Position numbers and translations under genes: made by a program. Below are positions 51,098 to 60,423 of a stretch of DNA of 64,000 bases, one piece after another. The notes beneath the pieces were generated by a model. That model did no database searches, was not told the origin of the DNA, and saw only the letters and a program-made list of their open reading frames with translations. Numbering within the stretch: position 1 is the first letter of the stretch; each line of letters starts with the position of its first letter. The DNA comes from an uncultured Gemmatimonadales bacterium (lineage in GTDB: Bacteria; Gemmatimonadota; Gemmatimonadetes; Gemmatimonadales; Gemmatimonadaceae): positions 704,001 through 768,000 of the forward strand of contig CAWBZV010000003.1 in the NCBI GenBank assembly GCA_963793305.1. The letters are read 5' to 3'.

Positions 51098-54000
51098 ATG
51101 AGAGCCCACCCTGTGATTGCAGTGTTAACCCTGCAGCTTTCCGACCATTCGCCAAGGCTCGTCATGTTACGTATGTGTCCCACGGCAACCCAGGTCATGT
51201 CTGGACTGCTCGTCATCCTGACTCAAATTACGGCTGCAGCTCAGGAGACAGTACAGATCACCCAGTTGGTCGATCGCGGGCCGATGTTCTACTCGTCGTC
51301 GCACGGGGAGCGCACGGCGGCGGTCGACGCGCGGACTATTGCGACATTGCAGCAGAGCATCTCCTTGGACCTCGATTCAGCGCCATTGCCACTGGCCATC
51401 GCTGCTATTTCACGCGCGGCACATGTGGAGATCAGTTTTCGCAACGAGGATGTACCGGTAAGTCACCGGGTCACACTTTCTGCTAAGAAGATCACGGTAG
51501 CCGCCGCTTTAACGGTTGCACTTTATGATCTGAATCTCGATGTCCGGATATCACAGAGTGGGAGCCTAAGCCTTTCTTCGCATAGCGCACCATCGGCCTC
51601 ACCGCGCAACGGCGAGCAACCCGCCGGAGAGATCGTTGGGGTAGTGACCGACGCCGATACGCATATTCCACTTATTGGTGCCGTCATCCACGTGGAAGGA
51701 ATCAATCGAACCGCGATCACCGGTACCGATGGAAAGTACAGCTTGTCGGGTGTTGCCTCCGGTGTCGCCACAATTGTAGCTCGCCGTCTCGGATATCTAC
51801 CTCTTAAGCACACGGTGACCATCAACGGCGAATCGAGCACGAACGTCGACTTCGCCTTGCACATCTCGCCTGTATCTCTCGACGAAGTTGTCACAACGGT
51901 CACCGGCGACGAAGAGAAGCGAAGTCTTGGGAATAGCATCGGTACTCTCAGGGTGGACTCACTTGTTGACGTCGCACCTGTTACTGATCTGGGCAGCATA
52001 GTTAATGCGCGTGTGCCAGGAGTGCAGGTGTTCTTCAATGGCGGGCTCACCGGGGCGTCGCCCCAGATAAATATTCGCGGTCAGAACAGTATGCAATTGT
52101 CAAATCAACCGTTGCTTTACGTAGATGGCGTACGAGTTAGCAACACTTCTGCTGGTCGCGCGGCCGATAGCACATCCGTGGGGGCGACATCGGGACGCCT
52201 AAACGACATTCTGCCCGAAGACATCCAGTCAATCGAAGTTGTCCGCGGCCCATCTGCCGCCACTCTGTATGGAACCGACGCGGCGAACGGTGTGATCTTG
52301 ATCACCACAAAGCACGGTGCGCCGGGTAGTCGCAAATGGACGCTATTCGGCGAGCAGGGAATGATGTCGGTGGATCGCGACCGGTTCCCCTACTCGTATG
52401 ATGCCTGGGGTACTACCACAGACGGCACAAATACCCCCACGGCCTGTGGGTTGCAGGCGCTTGCTACGAAGGCATGCACCGTAGACAGCATCACTCGATT
52501 CAGCCCTTTGAGGGATGCGGCTACGACTCCAATTGGCACAGGGCAGCACGCCAGTTACGGATTGCAGGTCGCGGGTGGAAATGGGGCGCTTCGTTACTTC
52601 GCCTCAGGTGGGTTGACCTCAGAACTTGGAGCGCTGAAACTGCCCGGACCCGACTTGAGCCTGTTGGCGGCCGAGCGAGGTGCGGTAGGCGTTGGTGATG
52701 CCGAGCGCAGGCCTAACGCACTCCAAAAATATAACGTTCGCGACAACCTTACAGCCGATCTTGGTGCTCGGGCTGACCTGACGTTGTCGACTTCACTGCT
52801 CTCCCAAGACTCTCGGATTCCTTCGTCGCCAGTCGCAGAGGGCACCCTTGGCCCGGGATACCGTGACGCATCCGATGGATGGGCGTTTGGCAATCGACCA
52901 GCTTACATATTCGCACAGCATAACGATGAGAGCATTACGCACATCACAGGCAGCGCGACCACTAACTGGCATACAACGGATTGGCTGACTAATCACGCAA
53001 TTGCAGGGATTGATTTTGACAACGAGTACTACAGCGGCCTGCTGCGAGCAGGGGATAGCCCGCTTGACCCCACTGGTTTTAGAACTAATACAAAAACTGC
53101 CACCACGCTCTATTCGGTCGATCTAGGATCGTCAGCATCTTATAACGTACCGCTATTGACCAGCGCTCAAACGTCAGTTGGGGTTCAGTACAATCGACAA
53201 CTGATCTTAATCAACACACTGTCCGCGAACAGCCTGATTCCTGGATGCACCACGTTTAGCTGTGGGTCACAGCCCGGGGGGCAAGAGGGTACTCAAGAAT
53301 CAGTCGTAGCCGGTGCGTATGCTGAGCAGCAACTCCGTTTGCGACCGACCCTATATTTGACCGGCGCTCTTCGAGCTGATGGCGGCAGCACCTTTGGTCG
53401 CGATTTCAAGGTCGCGCTTTATCCAAAGGCAAGTGCCTCGTGGGTAGTATCCGACGAGGCGATCTGGCCTCGCTCGCCGGTAATCAGCCAGCTTCGTTTC
53501 CGTGGGGCATTTGGAGAATCTGGTGTCGAGCCAAGTACAATTGCTGCATTGGCAACCGAAAGAATCTTTCCGGCAATAGTGGATGGACAGCCAGCCAGCG
53601 CCGCATTGGACCAGTCACCTGGCAACGGAAATCTTCAACCGGAACGGGATCGAGAATGGGAAGGGGGACTCGATGCGGATCTCTTTGGGGCGCGCGTGAC
53701 CCTATCCGCTACTTACTACGACAAAACAAGCTTTGATGACATCGTCAGTGTGACTTTGCCCGCATCTGAGGGCGGAAGTAGCGAAACCGTCAACGCAGGA
53801 TCCGTACGCAATTGGGGATATGAAGGACAGATCAGTATTCGCGCGTTGGCAAGCAAATGGCTTACGTGGGATCTAACGAGCAACGGATCAATCAACCACA
53901 ATCAGCTCGTGAAGCTCGCGCCACAGTTCGCGCCGATTATTAGCCCCGGCGGAGGTTCGAGTATAGTGGCCGGTTACCCACTCTTCTCCGCATTTGATTA

Positions 54001-54580
54001 CCCGATCCTCGGTTATCAAGATAAGAATGGGGATGGCATTATCGAACCAAATGAGCTCACGGTTGGCTCTACTCCGGTCTTCCGGGGGCAAATGTATCCG
54101 AAAGTGCAACTTACGTTGGGGTCGACGTTGGGCCTTTTCAACTCTCGATTCCATGCCAACATCCAATTTGACTATCGCGGTGGGTTCAGGCTTTTCAATC
54201 AAGTCCTAGCACTTCAATGCGCTGTTGGTGTGTGCCAAGCGCTTGAGACTCGTGGCGCATCGCTGGCTGATCAAGCACGCGCATTGGCTTACACAACGAA
54301 AGGTACAACTTGGGGGTACTATGAGGACGCTTCGTTCACTCGTCTGCGGGAAGTGGGTTTGTCTTATGATATGCCCCAGAGGGTCGCCCGTGTCATGCGA
54401 ATGCGAAGCGCGGTAATAACTGTCGCCGCGCGCAACTTGGCACTGTGGACGCGCTACTCCGGCCCGGATCCGGAAGTGGCAAGCAGTCCCGGCCAAAATA
54501 CAAACGTAGGTGCTTACTCTGACCTCGGCGGGTTACCGCCAAGCCAATATTATGTCATTCGCTTGTCGCTTGGGCTGTAA
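51098..54580 (+). CDS. susC: SusC/RagA-family TonB-dependent receptor with N-terminal STN-like and carboxypeptidase-regulatory-like domains
   Basis: LDEVV TonB box, INIRGQNS, PLLYVDGV, DIQSIEVVRGPSAATLYGTDAANGVILITTK, YSGPDPE; start may be 51164 or 51197. Confidence 0.9.
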   Translation: MRAHPVIAVLTLQLSDHSPRLVMLRMCPTATQVMSGLLVILTQITAAAQETVQITQLVDRGPMFYSSSHGERTAAVDARTIATLQQSISLDLDSAPLPLAIAAISRAAHVEISFRNEDVPVSHRVTLSAKKITVAAALTVALYDLNLDVRISQSGSLSLSSHSAPSASPRNGEQPAGEIVGVVTDADTHIPLIGAVIHVEGINRTAITGTDGKYSLSGVASGVATIVARRLGYLPLKHTVTINGESSTNVDFALHISPVSLDEVVTTVTGDEEKRSLGNSIGTLRVDSLVDVAPVTDLGSIVNARVPGVQVFFNGGLTGASPQINIRGQNSMQLSNQPLLYVDGVRVSNTSAGRAADSTSVGATSGRLNDILPEDIQSIEVVRGPSAATLYGTDAANGVILITTKHGAPGSRKWTLFGEQGMMSVDRDRFPYSYDAWGTTTDGTNTPTACGLQALATKACTVDSITRFSPLRDAATTPIGTGQHASYGLQVAGGNGALRYFASGGLTSELGALKLPGPDLSLLAAERGAVGVGDAERRPNALQKYNVRDNLTADLGARADLTLSTSLLSQDSRIPSSPVAEGTLGPGYRDASDGWAFGNRPAYIFAQHNDESITHITGSATTNWHTTDWLTNHAIAGIDFDNEYYSGLLRAGDSPLDPTGFRTNTKTATTLYSVDLGSSASYNVPLLTSAQTSVGVQYNRQLILINTLSANSLIPGCTTFSCGSQPGGQEGTQESVVAGAYAEQQLRLRPTLYLTGALRADGGSTFGRDFKVALYPKASASWVVSDEAIWPRSPVISQLRFRGAFGESGVEPSTIAALATERIFPAIVDGQPASAALDQSPGNGNLQPERDREWEGGLDADLFGARVTLSATYYDKTSFDDIVSVTLPASEGGSSETVNAGSVRNWGYEGQISIRALASKWLTWDLTSNGSINHNQLVKLAPQFAPIISPGGGSSIVAGYPLFSAFDYPILGYQDKNGDGIIEPNELTVGSTPVFRGQMYPKVQLTLGSTLGLFNSRFHANIQFDYRGGFRLFNQVLALQCAVGVCQALETRGASLADQARALAYTTKGTTWGYYEDASFTRLREVGLSYDMPQRVARVMRMRSAVITVAARNLALWTRYSGPDPEVASSPGQNTNVGAYSDLGGLPPSQYYVIRLSLGL

Positions 54581-54581
54581 C

Positions 54582-55964
54582 ATGTGGCCCATAATGGTAT
54601 TCAATCGCGAAGCGCCGGGGTTCGCCAAGATCTTTCGCTGCCTCATCGCGGTGCTTCCGCTGTTCACTGCGTGTAGCGACTTGACGCGTGTTACCGCTCC
54701 CGATGTGGTGCAGGAGGGGTCGCTTAACAATTCCTCGGGTGCCACTCTGCTCCGTAATGGGGCCATTACTAGCTTCAATGGCGCCTATGCTGAACAAGCG
54801 CTGCTCAGCGGAATGCTCTCGGATGAGTTTAGTGACAGATCGGGGGGGCAGTTCAAGTCTGACCAGCGCATTGTTCCGCCGATTGACCCAACCTCCTCGG
54901 TCGACCGATATCCGTATTCGGACTTAAGTGCCGCGCGAATAGCCGCCCTGCACGCGATCTCGACTACTGAGAAGTATGACACGACTGAGGGCTCGCAGGT
55001 GGGCGCGATGTTCGCCTATCTCGCGGCAACTGAGCTGTTCTTTGTTGAGGATCTCTGTTCGGGTGTTCCGGTTGGGTTATTCAGCAACGGTGCGGCTGCA
55101 CCCGGCCCCGTACTGGACCGCCAGGGCCTCATTGTCTTGGCGCTTCAACACCTAGATTCGGCGGCTGCACACGGCACGGCGAGCGATAGCGTAGAGAACT
55201 GGGCACGAGTGCTGCGTGCAAGGGCGCTTCTTGACAGCAACAATGTGCAAGGCGCGACCATTACCGCTGCGCAAGTACCCGATGGGTTTGAGTACGTGGC
55301 TCAATTCGGTGGTTCCGCGGTGCCATATAATATCGTTGCGTACTGGGTATACTCTGCATTGTACGCCTCAGTGTCAGATAATGAAGGCGGAAACGGACTC
55401 GATTTCGTGAGCGCTCACGATCCGCGAGTGCCGACGCAGGACCTAGGGGCCGGGGCAGGCGGCGGAGAGGTATTCGGTTTCGCGTTGTACACGACTCTCG
55501 GTTCGCCCATCGTTGTGGCCGGATCCGTCGAGGCCAGGTTGATTCAGGCGGAAGCGTTATTGCGAGCCGGACAGACGAGCCTATGGATACAAATACTGAA
55601 CAACCTTCGAACGAATTCGACTTTTAGCACCCACCCGGATTCGGCAAACCCGTCGCAGACCGACACGGTCTGGAATGCAGGGACTGGAGGTGTATCCGGT
55701 TTGAGCCCAGTAGTGATTCCGGCATCAGCTGCTGCCCAAGTCGATCTAATGTTCCGTGAGCGTGCGTTTTGGCTCTTTGGGACGGGTCATCGCCAAGGCG
55801 ACTTGCGACGACTCGTTCGTCAGTACGGGCGATCTGTTGGGATCGTCTTTCCCTCCGGGACCTATCAGGGCGGACCCGCGCAATATGGGACGGACGTAAC
55901 CTTCGTGCCGTACTTCGAGGAAAACAACCCCGCCTATCACGGGTGTGAGAATAGAAATCCTTGA
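54582..55964 (+). CDS. susD: SusD/RagB-like lipoprotein
   Basis: Lipobox FTAC-SD; EARLIQAEA, LNNLR, ERAFWLFGTGHRQGDLRR. Confidence 0.85.
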   Translation: MWPIMVFNREAPGFAKIFRCLIAVLPLFTACSDLTRVTAPDVVQEGSLNNSSGATLLRNGAITSFNGAYAEQALLSGMLSDEFSDRSGGQFKSDQRIVPPIDPTSSVDRYPYSDLSAARIAALHAISTTEKYDTTEGSQVGAMFAYLAATELFFVEDLCSGVPVGLFSNGAAAPGPVLDRQGLIVLALQHLDSAAAHGTASDSVENWARVLRARALLDSNNVQGATITAAQVPDGFEYVAQFGGSAVPYNIVAYWVYSALYASVSDNEGGNGLDFVSAHDPRVPTQDLGAGAGGGEVFGFALYTTLGSPIVVAGSVEARLIQAEALLRAGQTSLWIQILNNLRTNSTFSTHPDSANPSQTDTVWNAGTGGVSGLSPVVIPASAAAQVDLMFRERAFWLFGTGHRQGDLRRLVRQYGRSVGIVFPSGTYQGGPAQYGTDVTFVPYFEENNPAYHGCENRNP

Positions 55965-56019
55965 CCCGAGCCATCATCCTGCCGCTGCAGGTTTGAGTGC
56001 GCGTCTCAACAATCGCTTA

Positions 56020-58578
56020 ATGTGCCGACTTGCTGCGCGCGTGTCACGGTCAGTGATCGCCCAAGTCATTACCTACTCCGCGCTCGCAGCTATCGTGGGC
56101 GCCCGAGTATGTACTGCCCAGGTAATAGCACAGAGCAAATGGAGTTATGCGAGTTGGGTTCGACAGCGCGTGACTCCACCAGAGCACCCGGCGCTGACAC
56201 TCCGAGGGGATGCTGTAGCCTACGCATTGAATCGTGCGCTCGAGAAGACGCTGCGACGGTATGGCGGTGCGCAGATCCTCAACGACGTGTGGTTTGCTGC
56301 AGCACCGAAATGGCAGCCAACGAGAATCGTAAGCCAGGGCGACGAGGGTATGCTGTTCAGCGGGCTTCGCTGGTCTCCGGATGGAGAGTCACTGGCGTTT
56401 CTCGCCACGCATGGGTTGCGTAGCGTTCTTGAAGTTTGGAACAGACGCACGCATCGGATTGTCGTCACCAGTGCGTGTGTCATCAGAGCTCGGGCTGCGT
56501 ACCCACCCGAAACTTGGGCACCGATTTGGATCGATAGGCACCATGTCAGTCTGTGGATTCGAGCCGCACGATGTCGACCTGAAGATGGTCACATTTGGTC
56601 GGAAGAGTATCAGGGGATTGCTGACGCCGAAGCAGCCTGGCGACGTTGGGAAAACGGGCGAAGCGCAACATACGACGTGTTGCAGTCTGGCGTAGAACAA
56701 GACCCCGAGAGATTTCCCTTGGCCGAAATCATCGTCCTCGATACTTGGACGGGAAAAATCTCGTGTATTGCGCGCGGAGTGTTTGACCAAGTTCTCCCTT
56801 CGCCTGATCGGCATATGCTCGCAATACTTGTTGCCCGGAAATTCGTGACGCCGTCAGAAAATGTACGATGGCGGCATCTCTGGACGCATTTCCTATCCGA
56901 TGTGCTGCTGCTTCCTGTGTTGCATCCAGCCGACAGCGCAGTGGTGTCAACGAATGGTTCCGCCATGTGGCGCAGTTTGCGGTGGTCGCCAGACGGGGAG
57001 CGTCTTGCTTTCATCGATTACGATCCGAATACAAATGCTCCACCCTGTGCTGTTGCATACAGTTGGAGGCTATCCCGTCGCACTGTCAATTATTGCGGAT
57101 CGATCGGAGATGGGTCAGCTGTACCTAACGACCAATGGGCGCTTGATCACCCGGCTCAGCACAGTATTGCCTGGACAGGCACCGGCGATCTTGCCGTAAG
57201 ATTACAGAGCCGCACGTCCCAGCGGGACCGATCAGATTGGGTGCTTGTACATGACTCCACTCCGGCCATTAACCTGACGGGTTGCCTGCAGTCCGTACCA
57301 GCTGAACTGTATGCGGATAGTGGACGCACCTTCGCTCTTGCCGACGGGCGGCTAATCGTGCTCGAAGTGCTGGCTGGAGGGGGCTCGGTCGCTGGATGTC
57401 GACCGGTCGAGGGAGACGTGCCCGCGAATATGGGCGTTGATACCGTTGTGGCGACCCAGCCTGAGCTCGCGCTGCGCGTTGCTGTCAGAGGGGCGAACGC
57501 CGGGCACTCAGCCTATATCCGGGTTGCGCGAGGGCGACAGACCGTACAACTGTTGGAATTGCCCAAGGCTCTACGACAGGGTTCGGTCGCCGCCGAATCA
57601 TTTGATGTTAAGCAGTTGCGCGCGCTAGTGGCGGTCTTGAATGACAGCGATGGCACTCAACGATTCGCAGTCTGGACCGCCTCCGACGGTTACCATCTGC
57701 TGGCAAAGGTCGCGCAGCATTTGGCTCATGTCCTCGAGCACACCATCGTGTATCGCTCTCAGCGTGGCGAAATACTCGGCGCCCGAGTGACTTTGCCAGT
57801 TGGGTATGATTCAACTAAACGCTACCCTACAATTGTCGAAGTTTATCCTGGCATCCTGATTCCAGCCGTACACGCGACGCGAGTTGTTGTTGCTAGTCCT
57901 TACTCCGTCGAAGGATTTGCTGTTTTAACTCCGAGCATGCCTTACGATTACAGCTTGGATAGCGGGAGTGTAGAGCCTTTCTCAACACTAACAAATGGAG
58001 TGCTGCCGGCGATCGACGAAGCAGTGAATGAGGGACTCATAGACTCCGCACGAGTTGGAATCCTGGGCCACAGTTTCGGCGGCTTCGCCGTGTATGGCCT
58101 TATCGCGCAGACGACACGGTTTCGCGCTGCTGTTGCCCTCAACGGAATGAGTGATTTTATCTCGGCCTACGGGAGCATGTACCCACCGGAGCGATACGCC
58201 GCGAATCCACTGACAGTGTCATATGAAATGAGTTATTTCGAATCGGGTCAAGTGGGTCTCGGCAGTCCTCCGTGGGACGCGGTGGACGCGTATGTTCGCA
58301 ATAGCCCTTTCTTCCATATAGCTACGATTCATACGCCTTTGCTGATCGCTCAAGGAGACATGGATGTGACGCCAATCTCGCAAGGCGAGCAAATGTTCAA
58401 CGCGTTGTTTAGACTTGGCCGACGCGTTGACCTGGTGCGCTATTGGGGCGAGGGTCACAACATCGGTGGTTCATACTTCAACGCTGTTGATTTTGAGAGT
58501 CGCGTTGTTAGTTGGTTTCGAGAGTTCCTGAGTGTACCTGACTCGACGGACAAGCATCGCGTTGATGCAGAACACTAG
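56020..58578 (+). CDS. S9 peptidase, probable lasso peptide isopeptidase
   Basis: WSPDG repeats; catalytic triad GHSFGG / QGDMD / EGHN; adjacent to the lasso genes; start uncertain. Confidence 0.75.
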   Translation: MCRLAARVSRSVIAQVITYSALAAIVGARVCTAQVIAQSKWSYASWVRQRVTPPEHPALTLRGDAVAYALNRALEKTLRRYGGAQILNDVWFAAAPKWQPTRIVSQGDEGMLFSGLRWSPDGESLAFLATHGLRSVLEVWNRRTHRIVVTSACVIRARAAYPPETWAPIWIDRHHVSLWIRAARCRPEDGHIWSEEYQGIADAEAAWRRWENGRSATYDVLQSGVEQDPERFPLAEIIVLDTWTGKISCIARGVFDQVLPSPDRHMLAILVARKFVTPSENVRWRHLWTHFLSDVLLLPVLHPADSAVVSTNGSAMWRSLRWSPDGERLAFIDYDPNTNAPPCAVAYSWRLSRRTVNYCGSIGDGSAVPNDQWALDHPAQHSIAWTGTGDLAVRLQSRTSQRDRSDWVLVHDSTPAINLTGCLQSVPAELYADSGRTFALADGRLIVLEVLAGGGSVAGCRPVEGDVPANMGVDTVVATQPELALRVAVRGANAGHSAYIRVARGRQTVQLLELPKALRQGSVAAESFDVKQLRALVAVLNDSDGTQRFAVWTASDGYHLLAKVAQHLAHVLEHTIVYRSQRGEILGARVTLPVGYDSTKRYPTIVEVYPGILIPAVHATRVVVASPYSVEGFAVLTPSMPYDYSLDSGSVEPFSTLTNGVLPAIDEAVNEGLIDSARVGILGHSFGGFAVYGLIAQTTRFRAAVALNGMSDFISAYGSMYPPERYAANPLTVSYEMSYFESGQVGLGSPPWDAVDAYVRNSPFFHIATIHTPLLIAQGDMDVTPISQGEQMFNALFRLGRRVDLVRYWGEGHNIGGSYFNAVDFESRVVSWFREFLSVPDSTDKHRVDAEH

Positions 58579-58595
58579 GCCCGATACGTAAAGTC

Positions 58596-59537
58596 TCATG
58601 TCCTGACCGTCGGCGGCGACAATGCCGGCGTTTCAGCAAAGCAATCCACTAGCTCAAGTAGGTCATCCCGAACCTGCGACAAACGAGACGGCCGCTGCTC
58701 AGGCGCGCATCGCAGCATCGCCGATAGCAGAGCCCGCAGCCCAAGTGGAACAGGTGGTTCCGTTGGAAGCTCAACGTCTTCGCTGAGACGCCTAAGAACG
58801 AATGGACCAGTAAACAGGTCGGGAGTCTCAGGCCCCTTGACTAGACGCTCCAACGGCGTTTCAGACATCGGCGATCGACCATACAAAAGATGATACATCG
58901 TTGCGCCAAGAGCGAATACATCGGTCGCGCGCAGCTGCTTCCGGCCCGCAAGCTGTTCGGGCGCCATGTACCAAACCGTTCCGCCAAATTGCCCAAACCG
59001 TGTGCGCTCGGCGCCACTCACATCCTCAGTGAGCCTTGCTGCATGGCTGAAGTCGATGAGTGTCGCTTCACTGAATCTCGCTGTGCCAGCAGTCCAAGGA
59101 ATCATGATATTAGTCGGCTTCACATCTCTATGAAGCCAACTCAACTCATGTAGGGCCCCAAGAGCACCGGCAACGGCGGCAGCAACTGTGGCAACAGCGG
59201 ACCACATTGTCGAGTCCGACCGAACCATCTCATCCGCCGAACTGCCGTCGATCCATTCAGTAGCGACATAGCGGTGGGATGCATCAATCCAATCATGTGC
59301 AATGAGTCTACTCGCGTTCGGGTGTTTTAAGGTGGTCAGAATTTGTCCTTCCTTCTCAAGCATCAGCGTGCCGATGGTTGAGCTATATCTTGCCACCTTA
59401 AGTGCACAATGCCGGCTCGACTGGCTATCGACAGCGAGAAAAACGAAAGCGCATCCACCACGCCCGAGACGGCGCTCAATTGTGAAACGAGACGCGATCA
59501 CCTGCCCTTCTTGATAGTCAATGGTATTCTCTCGCAT
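58596..59537 (-). CDS. Stand-alone Hanks-type Ser/Thr kinase
   Basis: LGRGG, ALK, HRDVKPTN, IDFS, GTVWYMAPEQ, DVFALG. Confidence 0.88.
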   Translation of the reverse strand: MRENTIDYQEGQVIASRFTIERRLGRGGCAFVFLAVDSQSSRHCALKVARYSSTIGTLMLEKEGQILTTLKHPNASRLIAHDWIDASHRYVATEWIDGSSADEMVRSDSTMWSAVATVAAAVAGALGALHELSWLHRDVKPTNIMIPWTAGTARFSEATLIDFSHAARLTEDVSGAERTRFGQFGGTVWYMAPEQLAGRKQLRATDVFALGATMYHLLYGRSPMSETPLERLVKGPETPDLFTGPFVLRRLSEDVELPTEPPVPLGLRALLSAMLRCAPEQRPSRLSQVRDDLLELVDCFAETPALSPPTVRT

Positions 59538-59731
59538 AGAGCCGACAGTAAAGAGCGCGATGTGAATTGGGCCAGGTTTGTCTCACGCGGTTAGGGGCCG
59601 GAACGGGCGCATGGAGCGCCAGCTTATCTCATTCCTCCGCTGATCTCATGAATCGGCCACCTGGGATACTCGCCATCGGCGACCCCGAGAGGTAGTCTGC
59701 ATCCTCTTCCTGTTGCAAGTGGAGTTTCGCA

Positions 59732-60025
59732 ATGTCTCGAACGGAACTGCAGCCTCTCCTCTCCGAGCGGTGGAAGCCACGGCCCAGTGTAATTTCGGTG
59801 ACTCGAGATGATGAGACAATAATCCTGGATGCTGAGACGAGTCACTACTATGCATTGACCGGCGTTGGTGGACGTATTTGGGAACTCCTCTGCGATTCAT
59901 GGCCAATCAATGCCATAATCGACCAGATTGCGCAAGAATCGCATGAGCTTAGGACGGTAATTGATCTTGATGTCCGCGCCCTAGTGAGCGAATTGCAGGC
60001 CAGGTTACTGGTGGTCGTTGCATGA
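59732..60025 (+). CDS. Lasso peptide B1 (PqqD/RRE)
   Basis: GGAG RBS; ETIILD...YYALTGVGGRIWELL...DVRALVSEL. Confidence 0.88.
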   Translation: MSRTELQPLLSERWKPRPSVISVTRDDETIILDAETSHYYALTGVGGRIWELLCDSWPINAIIDQIAQESHELRTVIDLDVRALVSELQARLLVVVA

Positions 60026-60423
60026 CTTCGCCGCGATACGCACCGAGCTTCGCTTATTGCGCCATCGCACTCATGGTAGTGCGTACAATGCTGAAGGTGC
60101 GAGGCCTGGGCGCGACGGTGCGCTTCACTCAAAGTGCGTCGCGAATATCGGGCCCCAACTGTGGCGACGGAGTCACATTGACAACTGAGACGGCTACACG
60201 AGTCGCTACTGCGGCAGCGTTCTTCCCGGGGCGGGCGCGCTGTCTCGAGCAGTCGATAGTGTTGCAGTACCTACTTCGTCGGCGTGGAATTGCGGCCGCG
60301 CTGCGATTAGGGATGGAACCACGTCGACCGATTGCACACGCGTGGGTTGAGGTGGGCGGCAATCCGGTAAATGAGGGGCGCGAAACGGTACGCAAGGTTG
60401 TGCCCCTGCCGGAGTTGACGTGA
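60022..60423 (+). CDS. Lasso peptide B2 leader peptidase
   Basis: RCLEQS...LRLG...AHAWVE; ATGA overlap. Confidence 0.92.
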   Translation: MTSPRYAPSFAYCAIALMVVRTMLKVRGLGATVRFTQSASRISGPNCGDGVTLTTETATRVATAAAFFPGRARCLEQSIVLQYLLRRRGIAAALRLGMEPRRPIAHAWVEVGGNPVNEGRETVRKVVPLPELT

